A DNA stretch of 64,000 nt from Blasia pusilla (lineage: Eukaryota): the NCBI GenBank assembly GCA_050084515.1, contig CM114271.1, forward strand, positions 43,586,001 through 43,650,000. Reading direction: 5' to 3'. Under the pieces are notes generated by a model. That model had not been told where the DNA came from. It saw only the letters and a list, made by a program, of their open reading frames with translations, and did not search any database. How positions within the stretch are numbered: the first letter of the stretch is position 1; every line of letters starts with the position of its first letter. Of the stretch, positions 39,391-53,500 are shown piece by piece. The position numbers and the translations under genes are program-made.

Positions 39391-41600
39391 CTTCTCTTCT
39401 TCGTTGGTCGTTACGGATCTAGATCCATGTGTATGGGCACGTATGTCGAATTCTTTACAAGAAGATCGACCTTAGATTCTGGAGAGTTGATGTTCAAAAG
39501 ATCCTGGTGCGGTGTAGGTGCGTGTGAGTCCAAAGTGTGCCTTGACGCGCGCAGATTAATCGATCTGCGCAGATCTGAAAGCTGCAGTGACTCGAGACTT
39601 AAAACTGAAGATTGTGCGCTTGAGAACTCAAGTTTGCGTATGTACGTGAAAGTGAGATCCTGGGCCTCACAATATCAGCAGGTCATTCCTTGACGGTCGC
39701 ACCTAGAGTTCCCTCCCTCTCCTTACTCCTAAACTTCTGCAAGTATTTACTCTATGTATCAAGCAATAGAATGTTGGCCCTCCCCCTGTCCATCTCCATG
39801 AAGCACTCAAGCCCCATTGAGCTCACACTCTCCCATGCCTCTGATTTCCTGCCACCAGCCAATGGTTTCAAACAAGCTCCTCCCTCCTCTCCCGTCCTGA
39901 ACCCGGCCTCTTCTTCTACCGATAGCCCGAGCTACCGGTAGAAGAAGGGTTTACCTCTTTTGGAAAAATAAATGGTTATTCTTTTTCCCAAAGAAGTGAA
40001 GCCTTCCATAAGCAATCGTTTTTCTTACTTGCAATCTACTCTTGGTGGTCCCTCTTTTTTTTTACTATAATTATCTAATTGTATTGAAATTTTAATATGC
40101 TCTTTTTAAATTTGCAATGAAAAATATTGTATATGCGGAGTGAGGCTAACTAGCTTACGCCATGTCAACTCTCTCATCAAGAGGCCGATAATTGTGGAAG
40201 AAATTGTAATAAATAGGAGTCCTGAATATTTGGTAGAGAGAGATGAACATAGATTTTCATTATCTCGCTCTGAACGAAAACGAAAATTGTTTGATGTGGA
40301 CCCTATATTTTTTGCTCCTATTTCAAATGGTTTCAATGAGACTGAGGAGGTTAGAGAAGTCTCAATAGGCGAGGAAATTGTGATTACTCTCAATAGTAAT
40401 GAGAGATACTCTGTAGATATTTGTCTTGGTCTTAAAGAACTTGACGATGGAGAATATTCCTCCACTTCCCTCTATGATTCTGAGGGATGGTATATTGGTG
40501 ATGAGTTCGACCTCGAATATAGGTGTATGGATTATGGGGATTTAGACATAAGTGCAGATAGTCATAGTCGAGATATTGGAGATAAGTAGCCTAGAGAGTA
40601 CTATCTATTGTGTATATCCGATTAATCATCAAATCCATGTTGGTTTTGTTCTCGAGATATGTCTTTGAGATTATTGAGTTGAGCAAACGATCAAGTTTCA
40701 TTTCTTTGGGAGTGGTGTGACTCAAAAAAGTAAGTCTTCTTTGCTTGTGTTCTAATATTCACGTGTGGAGATTTAGTATCCTTTTCTATTGAGTATTTCA
40801 TTATTTTGATATATTCCTTTATTTAAATAATTGTGTGGATAATGCAGAATACTGTATAAATGAGTGTTGACGAATTACGCTATAGCGATGGTGAGTTCTA
40901 CGTTCCTCTTGATGAACAAGAAAGGGATTATACACCTATAGATGTTGACGTCATAGAGGTGATACAAATAGCAAGTCCGGAGTATGTCCCCTCGCCGATC
41001 GTTGAAAATAGGAATAATGCTTCAAGTCCTGGCTATGTTCCATCACCGATTTTTGAAAATATGGATAAGGCTTTAAGTCCTAGCTATGAACCATTGCCAA
41101 TTTGCGAAAATGGGATTAATGCTCCTAATGTTAGCATAAGCCCTTTGAGAAATGGTCAGAGTTGTAGTTATGATGAGAGTGCATCTAGGATTTTAACCAC
41201 ACCTGTGGTGAATCATCATTCTATTTCACAAGAAGTAGTTGGAGGTCAGGAGGGAGAAGGAGATACAGATTCCACACATGATTGCATCCCTTCATCAGAC
41301 CCTATAGCATCTAGCCACTCATTTGTACGTGATTGTTACGGGTCGGGGTCATGGGAAATTAGTGATTGTCATTCAATTTGCTTTGAGGACTCAAGTGAGA
41401 TGAGTACGGCCGAGTCTCATTGCCCGTTAGAATGATTTTCCTATTTCATTTTTTTATAAAAACTTCAGTTATGTGTAAATTTATTTTTTAATATAGATTA
41501 TAATATTCACAGTTTTCAGTACAAATTTTTCTCTTTTTTCTATTATTTTTTTATATATTGACAATATATATTTTGGTCGGATGGTTGATATTATCACAAG

Positions 41601-44600
41601 ATGCATGAATCTCAAGAGGAACCATCGAGGCGAGATGAAAAAAGACCATTCGCAGACATCACCAATGTAGTCTCCTTACCTAATGTGGAGAATGATCACC
41701 ACTTTTCATGTAGTGCTCCATCTTCTATACGGATTTCGGAGGAAACAGAGAAGCTTGCATATAAGAAGGTTAGAAGGGTTGCTTCTCAAAGAAACAGAAG
41801 GGCGCTTCATGATATGCGATTCGTAACTCATTCAACGGCTTTGTCATCTCCAATGTAAGGATACTTAGCATTATGATTATAGAATGATATCGTAACCATA
41901 TGTGCACACTCTAGATTTGTTGTGTGACTTTAATATCTTTCATGTTTGTGATGTAGACTTCCAAATCCATTGAACCCGAAACGATTACGTGATATACATC
42001 AAATTGTGAGAGCTCAAGGACAAAAGCGAAGACATGCTAAATTAGTTGAATTGAGATCTATTGAAGCTGTTGTGAATGTTCCATTGATGGAAGAATTACA
42101 ACCAACCATCATCGATGGCCCACCAGACGCAAATATTAGAAGGTATTTATTTATGTATAACATTTCTACTTTTTATTATAATAATATTTATAATTTATTT
42201 TCGTATTATGACTTTTTTTATTCTTTGTTCAGGTTGGTAGCAACACCTTCCAATCGAAATCTTCATGCTTTAATAGACTCTACATCGTCTCCAATGTACG
42301 TTTCATCCACTCATTAATTTCTTTCTTTTTATTGGTTTTTTTTAATTTAATTATTCTGACTTGATTTTTTTTAATATTGTTTTTCTTAGTCTTCCACTTC
42401 CGTCCAACCCTCGGGGATTACATGCTATGCTTCAAGTTGCACGAACACAAGGCCAGAGAAGAAGGCACCATAATTTGGCCCAAGCGAATGTTCATCAATT
42501 GTCTGTGAATGTTCTTCCTAGAGAGGAAGTTGAGGCTATGACTAATAATGACTTTCATACTCAAGCTAATACAAGGTATGCTTTACATACTTCTATTATC
42601 GATGCTTCTTATTTGGTCTTAAATTTTTATGAATGATCTCTAATAAAAAAAATTTTGCAAGCCAATTATGGTACGTCATGAAGTTGAAGCTATTCCAAAC
42701 TCTGGGAGTATGGTCTTTCCATATCCAATGTATATTTCTAAACTATATATTCAAATTTAATAGATATATGTTTATATGTATATTTATTCTTATTATAATT
42801 ATATATATTAATTTCTTAACCTCCGCTTGCAGTCTTCCAATTCCTACCAATCCTCTACGATTATCTCACATGCTTCAAGTTGCTCGAGTTGAGGGCCAAA
42901 GAAGAAGACATGCTCATTTGGATGAACTACATGAGATTGCACATGTTGGCGATTCGTTGATAAGGAATGATGCCAATGGACCTAATCGTGAAGGCCACAT
43001 GGAAGTGAATGAAGACAATGTATCTGCCTGGATTCCAAATGTGGGATCACATTTGGATGAAGTACATGAGATTGCACATGTTTGTGATCCGTTGTTTAGG
43101 AGCGATGCCAATACAGCCAATCGTGAAGGCGACATGGAAGAAAATGAAGACAATGCACATGCCTCGATTCCAAATGTGGGATCTAGAAGGGTTGTGAACT
43201 TGAAAAAGTTGCTCAATATTGCACGTATTCCTAACTTTGAAGAGAAGCACATTCGAATTCTAAGGTTGGGAGATCGTATTGATAGTATGACTGGTCGTTT
43301 TAGTGTTGGACTTATGAATGTTGTTTGTCCGACTTGCAATGCTCTACATTGGAAGTGTGAGAGAGTGAAGTATACTAGGTTTATAAGCTCGCCTTTTAGT
43401 ATGTGTTGTGGGCATGGTAAGATTCAATTACCATATTTGACAGCTTCACCTTCTATACTAGCAGAATTACTTTCTGGTATGACTGCAAATAGTCTTCATT
43501 TTTTGCGTAATGCACGTGCCTATAATAGTGCTCTTCAATTGGCATCTACTGGGGCACATGTGACAGAGCAACGAGGCGGTACAGGAAACTTCAGGATTCA
43601 AGGTGGTGTGTATCATTCTATTGGACCTCTACATGCTGAAAGTGGTGCTCCTCCACAATTTGCGCAAATTTATATTCATGATGATGAGCATCAGATGGAA
43701 CATAGAAGAAGGATTATGACTGGAGATTATCGGGATCAATTGAGGCCAGAGATCTTAAGGGGATTACAAGATATGTTACATGCCCATAATCCATATGTGG
43801 CTTTATTTCGAAATGTGGCTATTGATCCATGTAATTCTGACTTTCATATTGTTCTTAAGGGTAGTAAGCGAGGTCTTGATGCAAAACGATACACCTTGCC
43901 TGTTGCTTCAGAGATTGCAGCTATCTTGCCTGGAGATGGGAGTGAGCCAGTAGAAGGACGTGATATTATTGTTCGCTTACATGGAGGAGGGATTCGTCAT
44001 CTGTCATTAGACTTGAATGAAGCATATATCCCATTGCACTTTGTTTTGCCTTTTGTTTATGGTGAAGCAGGTTGGCATCCTGGGATACCTTTGCAAGGGC
44101 AACATGATCATAGAGATGATCCTCCGTTAAGAGGGTATGCTATGATGGATGAAGATAGAGATGATATTGTACAAGGTGAAATTCAAGGTGAGGTTACCAC
44201 TCATGAGGCGAGTTCAAAGACGATCACTGCTTTATAATTTGCTTCATTCAGAATTCAAATGCGAGCTAACGGTATGGATAATAATCGGTTGTTGAGGTTT
44301 GGTCGTCTTACTCAAGAATATATGGTGGATATATATGCGACTATCGAAATGCAACGACTAACTTGGATACGATTGCATCAAAAAGAGTTGAGAGCTGATT
44401 TACACCAAGGGGTCAGAGATGCCATGACTTGGCATGATGTGAACGGTCAAGGCATAGGGAGACGTATTATCTTACCTTCGTCTTTCATAGGAGGACCTCG
44501 TCACATGCATCAATTGTACCATGATGCTATGGCCATTGTGAGACATTTTGGGAAGCCTGACTACTTTTTGACAATGACTTGCAATCCTAAATGGCCAGAG

Positions 44601-47600
44601 ATTACCTCTGCTCTACTGCATGGTCAATCAACGTCCAATCGTCCTGACCTGGTTGTACCTGTTTTCCAACAAAAGAAGAAGGAGTTGTTGAGACTTATAT
44701 TGGATAAGCATATTTTGGGTCGAGTGGTGGGATGCATTCATGTGGTCGAGTTCCAAAAGAGAAGACTTCCACATGTGCATATCCTAATTATTGTTGCTTC
44801 TGAGGATAAGCCAAGGACAACCTCTGATTATGACGATATTATATCAGATGAGATTCCAAATCCCATGACTCATCCTAGGCTACATTCTACTGTAAGAAAT
44901 TGTATGATTCATGGTCCGTGTGGAGTAGCACATCCAACTGCACCTTGCACGGATAAAACGACAAAAAAATGTTCCAAAGGATACCCAATGCCGTTTGCAA
45001 CAATGAAAATTGAGAATGAGGATGGATATCCTATTTATAAGAGGTAATTCATTGGTTTTGTTGTTTATTTTGTCATTTGATGTTCTTCTATTAGTGTGGT
45101 ATCTTTTTTCCCCAACTATTAACATACTTCTATATGTGTTTATGCAGGCGAGATAATGGCAAATTGATAAATAAGTCCAATCATGACTTTGATAATCGTT
45201 GGGTGGTTCCATACAATCCAATGATATGTACTTTATTTGATTGTCATATAAATTTGGAGATAACAAATAGCATCTTGGCAGTAAAGTACTTTTATAAGTA
45301 TGTGTACAAAGGATCTGATGCCATATCATATACCTTGGCAAATACTACATCAGGAGAGGATACTATTGATGAGACATTATTATTGATGAGACATCTTGAT
45401 GCAAGGTATTTTGATCCTTTCTATCTTTCAAGATCTTGCAATTTTTCCTAGAATATATTGCGGGAGTCTAACAATATTTATATTGTATGGTATGAAGGTA
45501 TGTTTCTTCTTCACAAGCATGTTGGCGAACCTTCAAGTTTAGTCTACATGCAGAGCAACCAAGTATTGTGAGATTGATTGTTCATCTTCCAGACAGTCAA
45601 ATGGTATATTTTCATGGGCAAGATTCATTGGGTAATATTTTGGAGCGAAGTAAGGAAACCACTCTTACTCAATGGTTTGCAACCAATGTTTATGATTCGA
45701 CTGCGCGACAATATCTTTATTTGGAGTTCCCTTCTCATTACTCTTGGAATAAGAAGCAATGGCATCCGCGTAAACGTGCGCGAAAAGGATGTGGACATCC
45801 CATTGGACGTCTGTATATGACAAATCAGGTAAACTTTTGATACTTTGTTAAGATACAATTTTTAAGGAAAAAATTGAATATCTGAGAGTCTTCATGCTTC
45901 CTTCCTAATTTTTTTTTTTTTTGCTAATCCTAGCTGAAGGGGAGCGTCATTGGTTACGATTACTTCTCCATCATGTGAGAGGAGCTCAATCATATCAAGA
46001 TTTGAGAACCATCGATGGTGTAGTTTATCCTACCTTCAAAGAGACCGCTATTCAGATGGGACTTTTGGAGGACGATAGAGAGATCTTTTCTTGCTTTGAA
46101 GAGGCGGTTGTCATTCGTACTGGCTATTCATTACGTCTACTCTTTGCCATTTGTCTTCTATATAATACACCTTTCCTTCCGGCTATGGTGTGGGAATATT
46201 TTTTGGTTCCACTGATAGAAGATCTTCTACATCAAAGGCGTGAGGTAATAGGCATGGCTTTTGTTGAGTCAATTTTTTTCTTATTTCTCTTACGAATATT
46301 TTAGGTACTTTATTTATGTTTTAACTTCTATATTTGTTGCTTGTAATAGAGAATTGGTATTCCGACCCTTCCATTGGATGTTCATATTATTAATCTTGCG
46401 TTATTGGAGGTCCATTACCATCTTCAAGATCATGGTAAAAGTATGGCGGACTTCCCCGACATGCCTCAACCAAATTTCCAAGCTCGTGATTTATCTATTT
46501 CGCGTCTAGAAGAAGAAGAGCTCTCCTACGATCATGATATTCTTTGTGAACGTGTGAGAGCAGGAGAGATGTCTTTAAATGATGGACAACGCGCGATTTG
46601 GGAAGTTATTTGTAATGATTTTCGCGATATCTTACCCTTCTGTAAGTGGATATTATATATAGTATATTTTATTATTAATTTCTTACAATTTTTATTTATT
46701 TATGTTTTCTTTTAAAGTGCTTTTCTGTAACCAAAAATATGGATTTTTCAAGCAAAACTTTTTTTTATCGATGGTCCTGGCGGAACAGGAAAAACATTTT
46801 TGTACAACCTTCTTCTTGCAATGGTACGGAGCGAGGGTCATATAGCTCTTGCAGTTGCATCTTCGGGGATTGCCGCTTTATTATTGGATGGAGATCGTAC
46901 TTCTCATTCTCGATTCAAGATTCCTATCCAAGTACATGAAAGTTCCACTTGCAAGTAAGTCTAGATTTAAGATTTTTTTTCCTTTTATGGCATGCATATT
47001 ATTGTTTTATTTTTTGATTATCCTTCATAAATGTTCCTCAGATATTGTTTTGTTATTGATTTTCCAGCCTATCGGTCAATAGTCATATGGCCCGTCTTAT
47101 ACAAAAGGCGAAGTTGATTGTGTGGGATGAAGCTCCTATGACCCATCGTCACGCATTTGAGGCTGTTAATCGTACTTTCCAAGATATCATGGGTTTGATG
47201 GATCCTCGATTACGAGATTTTCCTTTTGGGGGAAAAATCATTTTATTTGGTGGTAACTTTCGACAACTTCTTCCAGTTGTTCGTCGTGGAGATCGTGCCA
47301 CAGTTGTGCGTGCAACATTTAAGAGATCTCCTATTTGGTTTAACGTGAGATTATTGAAACTCACTACCAACATGAGAGTCAATACGGTACAAGGTATTAA
47401 AGAATAAACCTAAGATTTCACCTATTTCATTTCATGTGGTTTTTGTTTATTTTTAATATTTACTAATTTCTTCATCTTATATTTATTATCAGGATATGCA
47501 CGAGAAGAGCAAGAAGCCTTTGCAAAGTGGTTATTAGAGGTAGGAGAGGGTTGTGTACCGCTACATTTGGACCTTGGAGAGGATTTTATACAAGTTCCGG

Positions 47601-48443
47601 ATGTGATAATTGTTAAAACCACAAGGATCAATGATTTCATTGATATTTTTTATGGACACGATATTCATAAGTGGAGTGATATTGATATCTTGAGGGGTAC
47701 ATCCATTTTGTTAACCAAGAATACTACTGTGGATATTATAAACGGAGAAATCATGTCTCGATTTCCAAGAGAGGTAATATTCATATTCTTGAATATCATT
47801 ATTCTATTTTGATTGTTCTACTGCTATATTTTTCTATGATCTCTCTTATTATTAATGATTTATTTTGTTTTTGCAGGAGCATATTTTCTTGAGTGCTGAT
47901 TCTGTTTCCGACGATGAGATGAGATTTGTTTATCCAACAGAATTTTTGAATACATGTTTACCATCTGGATTGCCACCTCATTGTTTGACTTTGAAGATTG
48001 GAGCTCCGATAATGCTATTACGGAATATGAATGGAGCAAAGGGACAAGCAAACGGGACTCGGCTGGTGATAGCTGGATTTAGTCGACATCTTATAGATGC
48101 AACAATTATCACGGGAAAAAAAATTGGAGCTCGAGTTTTCATTCCACGCATTCCACGCATTCCATTGATTGCTTTTGATTCCGGCCTACCTTTTGATTTA
48201 CGACGATTTCAATTTCCTATCCGTCCTGCTTTTGCAATGACTATTAATAAGTCTCAAGGTCAAACATTAGATAGAGTTGGTATTTATCTGCCCAATCCCG
48301 TATTTTCTCATGGGCAATTGTATGTTGCCTTGGCAAGAGTAGGCTCGAGGAATTCTATTCATATTATGATAGATAATGAAAATGCTACTAACAAAAAAAA
48401 AATTTATACTAGGAATATTGTATATAATGAAGTGATAAATTAA
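41601..48443 (+). pseudogene. Helitron RepHel gene (Zn finger + HUH Rep + PIF1 helicase), multi-intron, with frameshifts and stops; N-terminal exons may extend to ~40140
   Basis: CPTCNALHWKCE...CCGHG, FRIQGGVYHSIG, FAQIYIHD, IILPSSFIGGPRHM, FLTMTCNPKWPEI, VEFQKRRLPHVHILI, KYFYKYVYKG, DGPGGTGKT (~46770), IVWDEAPM, GNFRQLLPVV, QFPIRPAFAMTINKSQGQTL, VFSHGQLYVALAR. Confidence 0.95.
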
Positions 48444-50321
48444 ATTAAAATAACATTATATATATGAAGTTTTATATTGATAGGCATTTCCTAAATTTTG
48501 TAATACTTCAATTTTTGATATTCACTTACTGGTATGATTAATTTTACATGTGCTAAATTTTGATGCCCGTGCATCGCACGGGCATTCTTAAGAGTGCAGA
48601 TTACAAGTATAGGATGTTCTTGCAAATTATAGCATGTCCTATTGCAAAAAGAAATCTGGAGCCTCATTTATTTCTTTCCATTTCGTGAAAATTACTGTTC
48701 GTGGTCTTGCTCCTGTTCATAAGTCTTGCCTTCCACGTGGATTCATGCAGCGTCTCACGACCACATGTTGATCTAGCCGGCCTGGAGGTCTCGATGCGTT
48801 TCGTAACAATCATAGGAGGGAAGCTACATAGACGTTCGTATGGATCATGACTCCAGTTCCTCCTGTTCGGAGACAGCCATTTCATGGAGTTCCAGGAAAG
48901 CTGCGAGCGTTTCAAGTGCAAATCATGTCCCGCAGAGGCATGTGTCTCCTGCCGCGACCGATTGCTGGCTACCTGACGTCCAGCAGTAATTATGAGATCT
49001 ACATTAGGCGGTGCGTCGGACTACTAGGTGTTCTACCTGTCATCGCCACACAGGGGAAATGCAGCGAACACTTCAGAGATGGATCGGGGGAAACATGTCA
49101 TGGGGCAGATCAATCTCGAGCGCTACGCTACGTGCAAAGTAGCTATTGGGGGGGGGCAGTAGAGAATCCTCGCTCGAAGGTCTTCTTCTACCGTGGCGAG
49201 CCAGATACCGCCTAAAGGAACGTGGTCGTTTAACGTAATCGGTTACGTTAAATTGTTGATCACGGACGGACGGAATCGATAACGTCTATCTCTATATTTT
49301 TTAACACCTCAACTTCTGACATGTGTCACCTCATACCCAAACTTTCGCCACGTGTTCTCCGAGGACACGTTTCTTATTCTTCTCGATAGAGCCTGCTAGC
49401 ATTGGCTTCGAGGAAGGAGTCGTTTTGGATGCAATACTTGAGCGGATTCTCCTGTCATAAATTTGAATTGAGTCGGTTAGAGATTCAAGGAGATGGCGGA
49501 AGGGGTTCTTGATTTCAGTGAGTTTCTACAAGCGCTCCGTGATCGTCTTCAGCGAAACATTGATTGAGGCTACTTTCTCAACATCCTTTGCTGTGATAAG
49601 CTTTGTACATGTGCATCCTATGCTTCTGCCTTTAACCTCTAATGTTAACCATCTAATCTTTCCATGAAGGGTAGGAGAACGTGGAAAGGAGCGGTTGACT
49701 CTCTTGTCGTTTACCAACATCTCCTTCGTATGGTATCTCCAACTCTATAGCTCCTTCGTTTGCTCTCAAAAGCATCACTATGACGCTATTAGCTCCTTCA
49801 TTTGCCCCAAAAGTTGCACTCCAACCGGGGAACTTTTGAATGCTCCACACTTTGTCGCTCCATCGTCTCCTCCCTCCCAACCAGACGAGTGATACTATCA
49901 ATCTTCACTTTTGTTATAGACATACTTGACAAACGGTCATGGCAACTAGAAGAACAAGGATTTCTATGTTGTTGCTATCTATAGATTTTATAGACTTCTG
50001 TACTATATACAAATAAGATTTATTCATGTATTCTCTAACGTCATCGTGTTGTTGTTGGAGAGGACACGAAAGATTACTATGCATTCGACTCTATTGCTGT
50101 CGAGAGAATCATTGACCCTCTTGTTCACGCAATTATTAGGGGGTGGTCAGAACTTTTGGATTAATCCATTGGATGAGTGAAGTACAGATACTTCAAGTCA
50201 ACAAAATCTGTTGGTAGTAACTCTTAACAAGAGTCACAGCCAACCAAACACAACACCCCACAACCAAACACAACACAGTTTTGGAGGGGATTCATGTATT
50301 TTGGAGTGTTGGAGGAGTTAT

Positions 50322-50584
50322 CAAAGTTGGACTTATGCACCTTCCAAGTGATTTCGCTATAGTGCTAATGGTATTGAATACCCCTTCGAGGCCCAACACC
50401 CTCCATCACCGAACATTGTGGAGTGTTTAAGATGAACATGTGATTCCACCAACAAAGTTGGACTTATGCACCTTCCAAGTGATTTCTCTATAGTGCTAAT
50501 GGTATTGAATATCCCTTCGAGGCCAAACACCCTCCATCACCGAACATTGTGGAGTGTTTAAGATGAACATGTGATTCCACCAAC
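50322..50584. repeat. 131-bp tandem duplication
   Basis: caaagttggacttatgcacc...gtgattccaccaac present twice with few mismatches. Confidence 0.92.
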
Positions 50585-53500
50585 GGGACAATAGAGAGAG
50601 CCATGAACCCTTCAACAATCCCCGTCAATTTTTACTAGAATGTCTGATTTAAAATATTTTTTGACGTTGTTGTAGATCGTGAAGCTGTGCACGTTGTGCA
50701 ACAAATATTGCGCAATTTGGAGTTGCGAGCAAAAATTTATGGTCAATCTTGCAAAACTGCCATTGCTTGGCGATTTTTAGGGTTAAATTGTTCAAACCCT
50801 AAACCAACCGCCACCGTTATCGTCACCGTCAACGGTCCGACGTCAAAGGTCAACCATCACTATCAATGGTCAACCGTCACCATCACCATCACCGGTTGAC
50901 TGTCACCGTCAACGGTCCACCGTCCATTGTCCACCCTTTAGTTGCCATTGCCGCCATTACGGAGTAGAGGGTCTTCCACAACGTTGGTTGATTCTCTGAC
51001 TTGCATCGCCACCACGTATTTTCTTTTGGCCGCCATCGTCATCGTAGTGTCGTCCTCAACCAGTGATGGCAGATGACTTCCGGTTATGGTGTTTGAGTTT
51101 TGATTTCATGCTGCTATGTTGTGATTGGTAGCCGCTCGACGACGATCGAGTATTGTGCCGTGACGCCTGTAGCGGCAACGTGTCGCCGATTGCTGCGCAG
51201 TGCCGCTCGTGGCCACACCGCACTGTCTCGATCCCGGAACCGCTCCTTCACTAAGGAGCAGAGTGTGTGAATTTCTGATTGAGGAGGGTATGTCGCCGAA
51301 TGCCGCACCCCATTCTCGAGTGTTGTGTTGTTTGTAGCCGTTCCGTGCCCCCAGTGCCGCACCAGACCGCTCGACTTGCACCGCACATCGAGGAGGTTGA
51401 GCAACGTCAGTACGAGAGGAGTACGACTTGCTGATTGGAGGAGTTGTCTTCACGATCGAGTTGGGATCGAGATTTGCAGTTGCTGAGGAGCGACATCGAC
51501 ATGTGTTCAGGTTACCCATTCTAGTCCTTTATCCTGCACATGTGAGGGATTCTAGGATTTGGGTAGTTTATTTGGGGATATTGGGTTGTATGGATGCAGA
51601 GAGCATCATTCATGTATGTGGTTTAGGGGACATAGACCTATGTGGGATGTCCAGAGTTGAGGGTAGGTTGTCGATGAGATGATAGCCTGGTCGATTTGCC
51701 GCACCATGCCGTGTGTTGCCACACATTACACGACGTCCGTTCGGGATCATCACGGCGTCCGTTCGGGACTTTGAGAGGCGAGATGGTGAACCTGAGAGTA
51801 GCTTTAGAGGTTTTACGCGGAGTGGCGCGAGGTTCCCAGGGTCTCCACGTGAGGAACCACCTCGACCTCCTTCTGTGTCATCGTCAGACAAGGGGGAGGG
51901 TGTAGAGAAGTTTGTGAGCACATCGCCACACATTGTGAGTGGTCCTATTAGTTTTGCGTAAGAGATGGACGATTAGGGTAGAGGATCGCGTAGGTTTTCA
52001 GGTGCAGTAGGCACGATTGAGTTGCACGATTTCAAAACAGAGTTCAGGAGTTGGTGCGACTCCCAACGGGCCAGGAACTCTAGAGAGTTCAACCCGTTTA
52101 CAGCATGGAACGGTATATTCGAGCATTTAGAGGGGACGCCCATGGACGATTACCATGAGTTCTCCCACAGATATGCCCAGGAGATTGAGGCATGGCGACT
52201 CAACTATGACCCACACTATGTGTCATAGACGGAGTCGTTCCTAGATGAGGAGGAGAAGTCAGGAGAGGCTACTTCCTCTTCCACTAGTGATGTTTTAGGA
52301 GGGGTCACTCGCACTAAAGCAGTTGCACCATCTAGTCGGGTTCGTCCCAGGCTCAACCTCGTGGTTGAGTTCTTCGCTGAGTTGAGGGCCAGCTACCAAG
52401 GGGTGCGGATGGAGAAGTTGCGGAGCATCCACGACTTCCAGAGGCGCCCGGGTGAGAGTTTACATGAGGTTTAAACTCGATTGCGTCAGTTGACCAACGT
52501 CACTCAGGGGGTGACGGAGGCTCACGCTATCTATTCATGGTACGCAATGCTCAACCTGACCCTACGGACACGGGTGCGGGAGGGGATGCTTCTTATGAAC
52601 ACCTCCCCTACGTTGAGAGATGTTTTTAGGACCGCCAAGAACATTGAGCGCAACATGGTGGAGGAGAGCGTAGCCACCATGGGTTCTGGGTGAGAGCAGT
52701 CAAGATTGGCCTCACCACCTATGCAGCAATGTGGACTTCGAGATAGGTTAATTGTGGCACCATGAGCTCAGGGTGGATACCGGGAGGCCGTGCCACAAAG
52801 ACCTGCGCCTTCATATGCAGCTTAGCAGCAGCCGCCTATGATTACTTGTTGGTCATATGGTGGAACCCATCATCAGCGCGATTGCACTCGTCAAGGTTAT
52901 GGACGTGTGCCTCAGCATGGAGGAGGAGATGGTGTTGCAGCAGGAGGTTATCAGTGTGACTATTGTCAGAGGTATGGTCATACACACGCTAGGTGTTTCA
53001 GTTTACATCTTGAGTTACGTCCGGACCGAGGGCCAGAGAGTGCATCAGAGCGAGTAGCCGGTCCGGGTGGGCCTAGAAATCATGCATCATGTGGTCCCGT
53101 TGGGGGACAAGGAGCTGGATTTGCCCTACAGGGTGGTGGAGCTGCTCGTGGAGGAGGTAGAGTACCACCACCTAGACGCGTCAAGGGAGACGTCGAACGT
53201 GAGGCTGGGATGGTTGCTCAGATACAACAACTACAGGAGCAGATTTCCGTTATGGCATTGAGGTTACCCAATGCCGGATCCGTGGCATCGACATCATATG
53301 GAGCAGCCAGAGATATGGAGGATCTTGGTTGGATGTGCGGGGTTGCCCAGATGGAGGCCGCCATAGTTGTGACGCGTGGAGTAGTCGCAGAGTTGGATCC
53401 ACAGCGAGGGGAAGTCAAAAAAATAGACTAGGCTTCCTCAGTCTTTCACGTTGTCCGAAGCGATGAGGACCCCATCGATGGTTCCTTATCAAAGTTTGTG

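Larger units (their letters stand above)
37868..48590 (+). mobile_element. Helitron 2, near full length (~10.7 kb), decayed
   Basis: 5' A|TCTATACTATAAT at 37868; 3' perfect hairpin atgcccgtgcatcgcacgggcat (~48563-48585) about 120 bp after the RepHel stop; the canonical CTRR end is not intact. Confidence 0.85.

Noticed and set aside
49229-49252. 10-bp inverted repeat tttaacgtaa...ttacgttaaa
   Set aside because: Short, AT-rich and with no supporting context
50800-51700. 5' LTR or primer-binding site for the DNMT-Gypsy element
   Set aside because: No similarity to the downstream LTRs and no convincing PBS; only low-complexity caccgtc repeats
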